DNA of 64,000 nucleotides from Batkoa obscura (Eukaryota): NCBI GenBank assembly GCA_030770535.1, contig JASVEC010000001.1, positions 1,674,001 to 1,738,000 of the forward strand, read 5' to 3'. Shown piece by piece: positions 40,424 to 51,827 of this stretch (position 1 is its first letter; each line of letters starts with the position of its first letter). The notes under the pieces were generated by a model. It saw only the letters and a program-made list of their open reading frames with translations, ran no database searches and was not told where the DNA came from. The position numbers and the translations under genes were made by a program.

Positions 40424-40520
40424 GGGGGTGTTTTTTTTGGTTTCATTACTTTTTCCATTTTTTAAGTGCTATTTGGGTGGAAAGATTGTTAGTAACTCTT
40501 AAACAAAATAATACATCACC
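40424..40520 (+). mobile_element. MITE family A
   Basis: GGGGGTGT...ACATCACC; GTAT/ATAT flanks. Confidence 0.85.
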
Positions 40521-40708
40521 ATATTATAAAATTTAAAACTAAAATATATAAGTCAAGTGTATATTTTTTTAAATAAGTTATTAATAAATAAACAATTATT
40601 ATATATATATATTTATTCATTTATTTAACAAAAAGTTTCTAAAAAAATAAAAATCATTTAAATGTTCTTTTATATTATTAAAAAATAACATATAAATGAT
40701 ATTGCTTT

Positions 40709-41169
40709 TGTGAAGTTGATACTTAGTGGTCGAAGTTAAAAGCTACTCTTGCTTAATTAACTTGCCTTGAGTCGAACGGTCTTAGTTTATGTAACTAAGA
40801 TAGACTTAACTTAATAGAAATAGTACGTAATAAGCTACGAATTATGTAAACAAATACAATGGGAGATACTACCGTAAAATCTATATAAGATGTTGTCAGA
40901 AAGACTTAGTGACTTTATTAACGATACGCTATCAGGGAGTAATCCAATTAAAAAAGCCTCGAGTTATCATATTGAAGAATCTCTTTTATACTCCAATAAA
41001 TATGGATATTAAAAGGAGATAATATTGTTTGCAATATGAAGTTAGAAATTCTCACAGCAAATCAAAACAAGGGACTCTGGTTTGATTGTGTTTGAACTTG
41101 AGAACACAGCAACTTAAGTGATTGTTGTGTTATAATCAATCCGAGAGCTAAATAAACCAATATTTCACA
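40709..41169. mobile_element. Solo-LTR-like element (461 bp)
   Basis: TGTGAA...TTCACA termini, CTTT on both sides; homologous end-to-end with 51828-52187. Confidence 0.65.
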
Positions 41170-41294
41170 CTTTTTAAGTTTATTAAATTAGATATTTATA
41201 TTTTAGTTTAAGTAAAAAATTGATTTTTTATAATTTAAGCATTTATTTTTTAAATAATTAAATTTAGCTTTTTAGTTTATATATTTTAATATAT

Positions 41295-41393
41295 GGGGAT
41301 GTATTTTTTTGTTTAAGAGTTTTACTAACAATCATTCTACTCAAATAGCGCTTAAAAAATGGAAAAAGTAATGAAATTAAAAAAAACACTCCC
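41295..41393 (-). mobile_element. MITE family A
   Basis: GGGGATGT...ACACTCCC. Confidence 0.85.
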
Positions 41394-42288
41394 ATTATTT
41401 AAACTTTTTTTATAAAATGTAAAAATTATTTAACTAAAATATTAAAAAAATTAGCTAATAGCTTTATATAATTAATTCAGCTAAAAGAAGGTAATATTTG
41501 TAAATAATTACCTACTTTTTTATATATTATACTAATTTTTACATTAATTTGTAATTATAATACTTTTTTAATTAAATAAAATAATGTATATGAAAATATG
41601 AACTATTATGAGCATGTAAACTATTTTCCCAATTACTAACGTTTTTTTATAGCTATTAGTAATTAAGCAGATAGTTTGGATGCTTAGAGTAGTTCATGGC
41701 TTAAAATTTATATTATAAAATTATCTAATATTATTAACTATTTTGTCCATTTTTTATCCAGCATAATTTTAAAAATTTCAGTAGTAAACTATTGCAATAG
41801 AAAAAACATTTTTTTACCTTTTTTATCCCTTAATTATACATCTATGCTTTTTTTAATATTAGGAAGTTTTAAATCAAATTGAGATAAATAAAAGGAGATA
41901 TCAATAGTCTTTGATCAAGTAAACTTGTGTAAGAATTTGTTTATTGCTAAGGGATGATAGAGCAGATTGAGTTTAACAAAAGTTATTTTAAAAACAATCG
42001 ATATTCAAATTAATATGGAACTTTAAAATCATTAGTTCCTATTACATTTGTATGAAAAACCAACAGCTTATTGAATGTTTTTTAAGGTAATTTAAGAATG
42101 TTTCTAAATAGCAATAATAGAAAAATTACTATCGATTTTTATTCCAAATTAAGTAAAATCTATAGCAAATTTTTTAAAGAAGATTGAAATTCAAGAACAT
42201 TTCAAAATTATTGGCGATGCTTATGAGTTGAAAATTTATATAACTTTTGATTTAAATTTACCAATCATTAAAAAAATATTAGTATTCA

Positions 42289-43097
42289 ATGTATAACACT
42301 TTACGAATAATAGCTATAGTAATTTCTTGTCTAGTATCATTAGTACTTATAATTCAATGCTTTGTTCGTTCATACAATCGAAAACGTCACATTGAACCGG
42401 ATATGGATCCTAATGAATTAAGTCCACCAGTGATATTAAGTCAAGTAATGATCCTTCCCTCTAGAGACTCTTTACAAGAATTAGAATGTCGATTTCATAT
42501 AACCGAAGATAAAGTCGATCAAATTTTATCTCATGATTTGAATAATTTATATTTTAATATAGCTACTTTTATTCAAGCTAATAGAAGAATTGATAACTTA
42601 TTAAGACCAGCTTATTTTGAAATTGAATTATTAAAATTTAATACTGAAGGGTTCAAATTGGAAATTGGTTTAGCAACTGAAAGTCACCAAAATTTAAATG
42701 GTATGTTTAGTATTTTATTGTTTTTTTTTAGCTAGTCATTTACTTTGTCTTTTTAGCCCCTAATATTTTTATAAATTATTCCCATAGTAGTATCACACTG
42801 AATAACCAGCCTCATTCTCCCCTCTCAATAACTCCTGCCCAAGGTGATACAATAGGAGTCCTCTTTTCCCCTTTCCCAACAACTGAAGTTAGTTTTACAT
42901 TAAATGGTGCTATCATTTCTACCCAACAGTTTCAATTTAATCAACAAAGTTTATATCCAACAATCATAGCAAGTAGCGAAACATTTGTTCATTTTAATTT
43001 TGGTGAAGAGATCTTTAAAAATTCAATGGCTAATTTCAATAACTTTGCAATTACTTCACCAACGGTTATTGTGGAACCACCACCAGCTTATGTTTAA
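42289..43097 (+). CDS. Single-pass TM + SPRY-domain protein with C-terminal PPxY (Ssh4/Ear1-like Rsp5 adaptor), 2 exons
   Basis: N-terminal TM; YFEI, IGLAT, GDTIGV, FTLNG, LYPTI, HFNFG SPRY motifs; ends EPPPAYV; intron 42701-42756. Confidence 0.75.
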
Positions 43098-43579
43098 TAC
43101 CGAGGACAGCTTTGAAAGTTTAAGCAGATAATGAATTTAAGGGTTTTTGGTGAGGATTAATTAATATATACTTGAAGATATTATAGTGACAATTTTAAAA
43201 AAGAAGAAAATGTTTTATGTTAAATTAATATTCATTGTTTTTATCTTTTTATATAAGCCCATTTTATTTAATAACTTTTATATTAACATTCAACCCATAA
43301 TTAATTCTATTAGTATAAAAAATAGAATAATAAATTGATAATTAAATGTTTCTCTTTATATTAACTTAATATCAGAAATATTAATACAACAAAATTGAAT
43401 GTCTTTAATTGAAAATATCAAAAATAATGTTAAAAAATATTCATTATGGATAAAATTGAATAGATGGAGGGAAAAGGGAAATAAACAGAGATAAATCAAT
43501 CGAACAAAGAAGAGAAGAAAAAATAATATATTTTTTACCATAATTTAAGATTTTAAAGATATCAATATGAAAACTTTAA

Positions 43580-45710
43580 TTACCTTCTTCTATATGAAGA
43601 ATTTGATGAAAGTACAATTGCTTTCTTTCCTTTTTTCTTCTTACTTTTTTCAATAATTAAATCTAAATCCCATCCGTCTCCAAAATCATTCACTTCTTTA
43701 TTATTGTTAACCCAAATAGGAATATTTTCATTATTATTCTTCTTTGATTCACTAATTTTAGGAAAATGAAAGTTATCGTTAATATGTTCTGGTTTAATAA
43801 AATTATTTGGATTAATAATTATACTATCATTTAATTCATGACCTATTTTTAAACTATCATATAAAGATATTTCTTCTTTGTTTTCCATTTTTTCTTTCTT
43901 TTTATTTTTAATATATTTTAATCGTTGTGTTAAAGCACCTATAATTAAATGTTATAATTATGATTAGTATTATTAAAATTAAATTTTACCTTCATATCTT
44001 TTTAATACATCTTTGTTAATAATATTATCAAGCTTAACATCAACTAAAGTAATAATACAAGTATCTGGTAAAAATTGTAATTCTTTGTATCTTTTTTTAA
44101 CGGAGGAATTAATACTAATTTCTTCAAAATAAATCATTTTTAAATTTAATTTGGGTGGTAATTGATTATTATATTCTTCTTTCAATATTTTATTATATAA
44201 TGGATATAAATATATGAATTGTCCATTATTTAATTGATAAATTGTAGTATTATGTTGTTGTTTTGAATTAATAGTTAATGTTTCTAATTCATTACTAATA
44301 CTATTTATCTCAATATTCGTTTCATTGATTTCTTTTGTTTCTTCCATATCTTCCCTTCCTTCTTTAACTTCCTCCTTTTCTTCTTTTGCTTCCTTTCCAA
44401 CTTCGTTAAACCAATAATGATACAATTCTTCCAACCCTTTATTAACATTTAATTTTTTCATTTTATGTTCAATTTTATTAATAGCTAGTTGAATAAAATA
44501 AATCTCTTTTTCTTCTTTAGTAATACATCGAATTTCATTTTCTAATTCTTTTAGTTCTTTAATGTCCTTATTAAATTTATTTATTAACCCTTCTTCTGAA
44601 GCTAATAAAAATTTATACTCATTAAATCCCAAGTTAATAAAATCCATTGGTATAAAATATTTGGCATCAAATGGCAACTTAATTGCAAAATTTAACCATT
44701 CTGTACTCTCATTTGCCGGTACAAACAAATTCATATCCCCTACTTTTCTCATTAATTTAAACTCAACTTCCTCTTTTTCATTTAATTTCAATCCTAAATT
44801 ATCAATAATATGAATTGGCTTTAATGCTTTCTCATAAATTGATTCATAACAAATTGGACATTTTTTCCATTGTTTATCATTTTCAATAGCTAAATAATGT
44901 AACAAACATGAATAACAATAAATATGTCCACAACTCGTCATTCGTCCTCCCATAGGTTCATTTAAACAGATGGCACATGTAATTTCTTCTCTTGCATTAA
45001 CGATCTATTTTATTATTTATTTATTATATTATTGTATTATTATGATACTTACTACTTGTTCAACATGACTCCATTCAACACATGCATCTAATATAAAATA
45101 GTTAAATTTGAACTACTAAAATTATTAGCAATCAATTTTACCTGGATCCGCTAAAATAACAGTATAATCTTGATTGGGGTTTAATACAAATCTAAAACTA
45201 AAAAAGAAGTATTTAATAAATAACCTAATCTCCATAAAAATAATAAATCCTTACTTAGCATTAATAAACTTCACCTTATTAAACATCAAATTGCCCATAT
45301 TTTTATGATATCTTCTATTATTTGAATGACCCATAATATGATCACTAAAGTGTCTTTCTGGTAGTGTGAAATTTAATAAATTATTCACTTTAATTTTGCC
45401 CTTTTTAGAGTAGATGAGCTATTAATTATTAGTCAGTTACTACCATTTAAATCAATAAATCACTTACTTCATCATCCAACAAAAGAGATTTATCTATACT
45501 CATCGCCTTTTTATTTTCTTTCAAGCTACTTTTGTGTTCTTTTTTTATGCTGGTATTGTTATTGATATTTGTAATGATTTCTATATAAGAAGTTAATAAG
45601 TAATTACTTCAACTAAAATTCAACTTTATATTACCTTTGTTTAGATGTTTCATATTCTTTTTTTCATTAATGTTCATATTATAACTTTTTGTTAACTTAT
45701 TGCTACTCAT
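43580..45710 (-). CDS. MAG2: RNF10/Mag2-like RING E3 ligase (multi-exon)
   Basis: NNLLNFTLPER, FNKVKFINANFRFVL, DPD..VEW..VEQV, C3HC4 RING CAICL...CGHIYCYSC...CPIC, GQFIYLYPL, KKRYKEL.FLP. Confidence 0.85.
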
Positions 45711-46878
45711 TCTCTTTAGTTATGTTGATTGAATCTCTCTCTTTTTTTTTATAAATGAAATTTGGCGGAAATTGATATTTTATAAAAAATATTAAACTTA
45801 TGTTTTTCCTTTAAACTTATTAAAACTCAAGCTACCTTCCTATACTATCAACTAAACTGTCTTCTTACACTATTAACGTAGGAATAAAGCCGATAAAATC
45901 AATAAATCCTAATTGAAATTTGAAAACTCTCCAATTGGGGAAGGATAACTCAATAACTTAAACTTTTAAACCAATTGCAACGAAATCGAATGGATGTTAT
46001 TTAATGTATAGTACGTTTTTGTTTAATTTACTAAAACTAGATTGTAATAAAAAAGTTGAATCTTTATAAACTAGAGTTAATAATTTCAAATCCCAATAGA
46101 CCTTCTAACATGCGCAGTGTTGAACTTTAGATCCCTTTTAATTGGCTCTATTAATTTTAGAAATCATGGTTTAAAGGGGTAAGATGATAGGGTGAAAATT
46201 AACTTATCGCTTTTTAAAATCGGAAGAAAACAAAGTTTTGTATTTTTCCGCCAAGGAAAAAACGTCAACAAAAATCGCCATAATTTATTTGATTTTGTTT
46301 TCCTTTTCATTATAAAAACAATAAATCTCTTATTTATAGCAGTGACTTTATTTATGAACCTTTATCTTTTATAAATACTAATCTTTTATTTAATAATTTA
46401 TTGGTGTTGTGATTTTATATCCCCTACCAAATTGGATTTGCCCAAGAAAGAAAGGCACTTTGGGATGACCGGATATTTCGATATTGAATTTGAAAATAAA
46501 GTAACGTTGAACTTGTAAATCGTATAAAGATACGAGCCATATGCCCAGTTACTAGTGGTTTTTTCATAAGTGATAGTAATTAGGGAAATAGTTCATATCC
46601 TTCATACTGGCTCATAAGTTCCAATCTACACTATATTTTCAAAAAATAAAATGATTAAAATAAATCAACTTTGGATAATAAGTTTTGGATTCAATAATAA
46701 ATGAGTTCAATTAAAAAATAGTTTATCTAAACGTTTGTTTTTTTAGAATCTTTATATAGATGTGTTCTTTTGATAAAAATTTTACTATCAACAGTTTTAA
46801 TTTTGTTGATTTAAAAAATAAACAAATCATTTTTATGTATGAAAAGTATACATATTTATTTTGTTATTTAATTAATAT

Positions 46879-46976
46879 GGGGATGTTTTTTTGGCTTCAT
46901 CACTTTTTCCATTTTTTAAGCACTATTTGAGTGGAAAAATTGTTAGTAAAATCCTTAAACAAAAAAATACGTCCCC
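46879..46976 (+). mobile_element. MITE family A
   Basis: GGGGATGT...ACGTCCCC. Confidence 0.85.
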
Positions 46977-47800
46977 AAACCCCTCTTTTTTTATTTAAAG
47001 CTATTAAGAACACTAAACCAATTTGAATACTAAATCCCTACCCTACAACTCTTTTCCCTAAATCTAAAAATTTCGTTTTTATTAAGCTCTGTGGCATCAC
47101 CTTTTGCATCTCTATATCAGATAACTTTCTTTTTTTACTTCTTGTCTGTCGCGTTACAGATGGCTCCAACCACTTGTGAAAATTTTTATTCTACTGTTCA
47201 AAAAAAGTTGCGTTTTATAGTTGCGCTTCTCTGAACTATAATATAAGCTAAGTCTTTTTAAAACTCTGGACTCAGAAAGGGGAAATGCTTTATTTAAACT
47301 CAAATTAGTTTATAAACTTAATCAAAAAGTCGATTGATGAGCACATTAAGGTCTTAATCATTATTAGTCAACCATTTGATAGCCCAACATATGATATTAA
47401 CTACGTAATGCACCACTTAACATTAAGGTACAAGGCCGAAAAGTTGACCCTCAAACCCTTTGCTGTGTATTTAGTAGGAGCGGTAGATAGCCGATTTTAC
47501 TTCTGTTCTCTAAAGGGTCTCCCACTTGATAGGGAAAAAGATATTTTTATGTATAAAAAGTATTTATATTTATATTTAATTTATTTATTAGTTTAATGTT
47601 TGAATAAAACTGTACGTCCTAATCATTTACTTTGATATTATACTTTTAAGTTCTAGATGAATTACAATAGTTTGTATAATATATACTAGTAAGTAGTTAA
47701 AAGATAGAATGGCCCTTTCTAAATAACCTTCATTTTTCAATAGAACATCACCAACAAAGGTACAGAAGTGTACATTGAAATAATTTTTATTTTTAGATGC

Positions 47801-47893
47801 AGGGATGCTTTTGACTTTCATCATTTTTTCCATTTTAAACCCTGTTAAACAAAGAAAATGTTATTAAAATTTTATACAAAAATAGACATCTCT
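47801..47893 (+). mobile_element. Degenerate MITE family A
   Basis: TTCATCATTTTTTCCATTTTAAA...TGTTATTAAAATT...ACATCTCT. Confidence 0.65.
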
Positions 47894-48359
47894 ATATAAC
47901 AAATATTTGGTGTTCCAGCCAGCAATATTCTTATTTATTAAAAGCTCATAAAACTATTGTACTTATATAAAACTTAAACTTTGATGTGTTGACTCAAATC
48001 AATAAATCTTAATATTTTAAAAACATCAATCCTTTAGACAAAGCTTGCTGTTAGCTCAATGGTATCTAAAAAAATATTATCAGCAAGCACTCTTGAATTA
48101 AATACTACCTATTAATTGAGTAATTTATTTTCTTACCTCTTCTCGAATTTATCTCCTTTGTACAATTGAATCTAATGACTTCTAATTCCTCACTTTACTA
48201 TCATAAAATAATTGAAAACATAGTCATTTATAAGTGTTCAAAAAAAGGAATTATTACTTTATATTTAAAAGGAATATTAGCATTGTTTAAAAAACAACGA
48301 GTATATTTCTGAAAAACTTTAATAAACTATTGCTCCTCTAAAAAAATGATCGAAAATTT

Positions 48360-48457
48360 GAGGGTGTATTTTTGTGATTAAGAATTTTACTAACAATTTT
48401 TCCGCTCAAATAGTGCTTAAAAAATGTAAAAACTGATGAAACTAAAAAAACGTCCTC
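48360..48457 (-). mobile_element. MITE family A
   Basis: GAGGGTGT...ACGTCCTC with perfect ATTT TSD. Confidence 0.88.
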
Positions 48458-48478
48458 ATTTATCTATAATCATAAATA

Positions 48479-48883
48479 CAGTGTCTCTAAAAATTATCCT
48501 GAAGATTGAAGCACTCAACTTTGGGCAATCATTTCTCAATAACTAATAATCGAAAAGCATTCATTTTTTTCTAATCGTACTTATTACTGTTGTATTAGTC
48601 TGTATGTTGAATGTTGCTTTTGCATGTTTTATTAAATTAATGTAATATCTGAAACCAGCGTTAGAAAATGGAGAAATTTTTGAGCTATTCGTAAAAAAAT
48701 GACAAAAGTTTGAAATACTCTTTATTGTTATTAATAACCACCTAGATACTCATATTGTATAATTAATATAGCAGTAATAAATATAATTGGAAAAAAAATG
48801 AATGCTTTTCGATTATTAGTTATTGAGAAATGATTGCCCAAAGTTGAGTGCTTCAATCTTCAGGATAATTTTTAGAGGCACTG
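48479..48883. mobile_element. Tc1/mariner-type MITE (405 bp, ~95-bp TIRs)
   Basis: TA-CAGTG...CACTG-TA; near-perfect inverted repeats at 48479-48575 and 48786-48883; no ORF. Confidence 0.8.
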
Positions 48884-49332
48884 TATTTATGATTACAGAT
48901 AAATCAAAAACTCTATGCTTAAAACTAATTTGGGTATACTAAATTTTCAAATATTATTAATTAACTATTACCATTAGCCCCCTGTTTACATTCGATAACA
49001 AGCTAAACTATTTTATTAAATACATAAAATATTTGGTTCAAATCTAAAAATAAAGTTTTTAATAGCAATGATAGATTAGGTCCTTGATATTACATATATT
49101 GGATTTAGTGGTATGTGGGTTTGCATGATTAAACATATCGTTTTTAGGTTGATGGGAAATCAGGTAACTGTATTGTAAGATCAATAAGGGGATGAAATAT
49201 TAATTAAATAGTAGTATTGTATAATATCATTAATGAGGAATGTTGAAGGTTAGCATAAATAAAAGTAAAAGTGTAGACGAAATAGTATAAAAAGACCAAA
49301 ATAACTATTCAAAATTATAAAAACAAATCATC

Positions 49333-49366
49333 TTCTAAATCTTCTCCAGGTGAGTTATACTTAGAA
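49333..49366 (+). promoter_or_regulatory. SRE-like stem-loop, copy 5
   Basis: TTCTAA-ATCTT-CTC[CAGGT]GAG-TTATAC-TTAGAA. Confidence 0.5.
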
Positions 49367-49472
49367 CTACACTTACAAGTGAACATATCATACCAATTAA
49401 AAAGAATCTGTGATCTTTTATAATCAAATCTTCTAAACCTCTTAAATCTTTGAATATCCATCTTTAGTCAAT

Positions 49473-50678
49473 ATGAAATTAGCCAACATTTTAACCACTT
49501 TTATTGTCACTATGGCCGCCATTGAAGCTATGCCAGTAGAACGTCGTACTTTTGGTTTACTTAACAAGCTTAAAACGATGAAGAGTATGCATGGTGGACA
49601 TAAGAAGCCTACTGGAACTCCCAAAAACGATTCTCATAACGATAGTCACAACGATAATAATACTAATAATGCTAATAACACTAATAATAGTAGTAACGTT
49701 ACCAATAACAACAATAAGACTAATAATAATAATAATAATGCTACTAATAACAATAACAATACCACCAATAATAACAACAACACTGCTAATAACAACAACC
49801 AAATGACTAACAACAACAATAATGTTGTTAATAACCGTAATGATGTTGTAAATAATAATAGCAATGTTCTTAACAATAGTAACAGTGTCACTAATAACAA
49901 TAACAATGCTATTAATAATAGTAACAGCGTAAATAACAATAATAGTAACAGTGTAAATAACTCAAACACTATGAACAATAGCAACGCTATGAATAATAGT
50001 AACACTATGAATAACAGTAACACTATGAATAACAGTAACACTATGAATAACAGTAACACTATGAATAACAGTAACACTATGAATAACAGTAATACCAACA
50101 ACGTTAACAATTCTAATACTTCAAACAATATTAACACTAGTAACAACACTTCAAACAACAGTGATATCAACAGTGGCACTAACAGTAATACCTCAAACAC
50201 TAGTAACACCTCTAAAGACTCTTCTTCTAACAACTCTTCTAACAACTCTTCTAACAACTCTTCTAACAACTCTTCTAACAACTCTTCCTCTAAGAATACT
50301 AGTGAAAGTTCCAATAACTCGACTAGTAAAAACTCTTCTGACAATTCATCCACTAAGAATACTAGTGATAGCTCTACCAACAGCTCTTCCGATAAGAGCA
50401 CTAACAATAACTCTACCAATAACTCTACCAACAACTCAAACAGCTCTTCCAAGTCTAGTTCTAGTGAGAACAGCAAGAACAATAAAAGCAGCAGTAGCAC
50501 TGTTAATGGTCAAACTACTAGCAATGCTGAAAATAACGAAAGTAGCAGTGAAAAGAATACAGTCAATGGAGAATCCACCAGTAAAGGGCATAAACTTCAT
50601 TCCGTTACTGATAACGGTGTCACTAAAGGCGAAAAGGAAACCGAAGTTAATGGTGTGGTTACTAAAGAATCTTTCTAA
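49473..50678 (+). CDS. Secreted Asn/Ser-rich protein, family member A3
   Basis: Signal peptide, VERR|TFGLLNKLKTMKSMHGGH, (NNSNTM)n repeats; C-terminus shared with A2. Confidence 0.85.
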   Translation: MKLANILTTFIVTMAAIEAMPVERRTFGLLNKLKTMKSMHGGHKKPTGTPKNDSHNDSHNDNNTNNANNTNNSSNVTNNNNKTNNNNNNATNNNNNTTNNNNNTANNNNQMTNNNNNVVNNRNDVVNNNSNVLNNSNSVTNNNNNAINNSNSVNNNNSNSVNNSNTMNNSNAMNNSNTMNNSNTMNNSNTMNNSNTMNNSNTMNNSNTNNVNNSNTSNNINTSNNTSNNSDINSGTNSNTSNTSNTSKDSSSNNSSNNSSNNSSNNSSNNSSSKNTSESSNNSTSKNSSDNSSTKNTSDSSTNSSSDKSTNNNSTNNSTNNSNSSSKSSSSENSKNNKSSSSTVNGQTTSNAENNESSSEKNTVNGESTSKGHKLHSVTDNGVTKGEKETEVNGVVTKESF

Positions 50679-50981
50679 TTCATTAAATAAAGCATAAATT
50701 GTAGCTTTTGATTTTTCTTGATTTTTGTTATGTTTTCATCTTTTATAAATATATATAATTACTTTAAAGCTATCTTGATTGAACATTGGATATGTGTTTT
50801 GGTTTTCATATTTATTACAATAAAATAAGGTGGTGAATTAACCTATTGTAGTTATATATTATAATTTAAACGGGTACTTTACTATATACATAAGGTGACT
50901 TTATGTAAAGTAACTATACTAAAATAACGGTTTGAAATTAAATCTGTTTGATTTTCAAGTTTAAAAAATCAAAATAACATA

Positions 50982-51250
50982 TGGTGATGTTTTTTACCAA
51001 TAGTCCTTTTTTGCTATTTCCTGAAATTTACGAATTAATTAACTAGTATCCTGTTCAAGTTTGGATTTGTGCTAGCTAATCATCCATTTTAAGGCAAAAT
51101 TAACAAGTCTCAAATCAGTATGATAGAGCAAATAGCTGGTTATAAAATTCATCATTTGCCAGCGCACATTCGAACTTAAACAGCTACATTGGTTAAATTT
51201 TATATTTAAAAAAATGGCAGAAAAGGCCAATAAGTAAAAAACATTCCCAC
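50982..51250. mobile_element. ~270-bp MITE, family B
   Basis: ATAT-GGTGATGTTTTTTAC...GTAAAAAACATTCCCAC-ATAT; second copy at 19761-20024. Confidence 0.65.
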
Positions 51251-51284
51251 ATATTAAACTAAAAATTCACACCATACATATTAC

Positions 51285-51630
51285 TGTTCTAATCTAAACT
51301 TGGATTGACCATTTTTAGTTGCATTTGGGAGTATTCTTTATAACTGATTATGGAAAAACAGAGACATTTGACTTGTTTAGTTGTGAGAATTCGAAATGTG
51401 CAAAAATAGCGGTGGCCAATTAAAAGTTTCAAATCTCTCAATCCTAAATTCTATTTGAGATCCAATTGACAAAAAAGTACACTAGTCTCAACTGAGAGGT
51501 CAAATATCTCTGCTTTTTTGTAATTGGCTATAAAATACACATTTGTTGAATTTAGTCATTGACTTTTTCTATTTTTCTACTAAACAAATACGAAATTGAA
51601 AATACTCAATCCACGTTTGAATTAGGATGA
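51285..51630. mobile_element. Degenerate foldback/MITE relic
   Basis: Imperfect inverted arms: TTCTAATCTAAACTTGGATTGA vs TCAATCCACGTTTGAATTAGGA, and CAGAGACATTTGAC vs GTCAAATATCTCTG. Confidence 0.55.
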
Positions 51631-51827
51631 TAGGATCATATGGGGGTGTCCGAATTGGTTTCAGAATTTAACTAGAAATTAATCCAAATTTTAAGTTTTT
51701 AAATTTGTAAGTCTTTAATGTATGATTAGCTAAATTTAAAAAGCTTAAAATTAAATATAAAAATTTAACTTAAAGACTTATTTTATTTATTTTATTTTAT
51801 TTTATTTTATTTTTTTGATTATATGTT

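Noticed and set aside
39940..41790. Weak inverted match (AAAATGGACAAAA at about 39973 versus TTTTGTCCATTTT at about 41741) suggesting a large old element
   Set aside because: Too short and AT-rich to define boundaries or a TSD
45900..47800. GC-richer intergenic stretch with short ORFs and small hairpins
   Set aside because: No recognisable protein or RNA motif and no defined termini; possibly decayed TE sequence, but unsupported
49347..49467. CAG|GTGAGT read as a conserved 5'-UTR intron donor for the whole family
   Set aside because: Possible for A3 (and A2 as GC-AG), but B2 has GG and A1 lacks the matching acceptor, so splicing does not explain conservation in all five; not excluded as a secondary use
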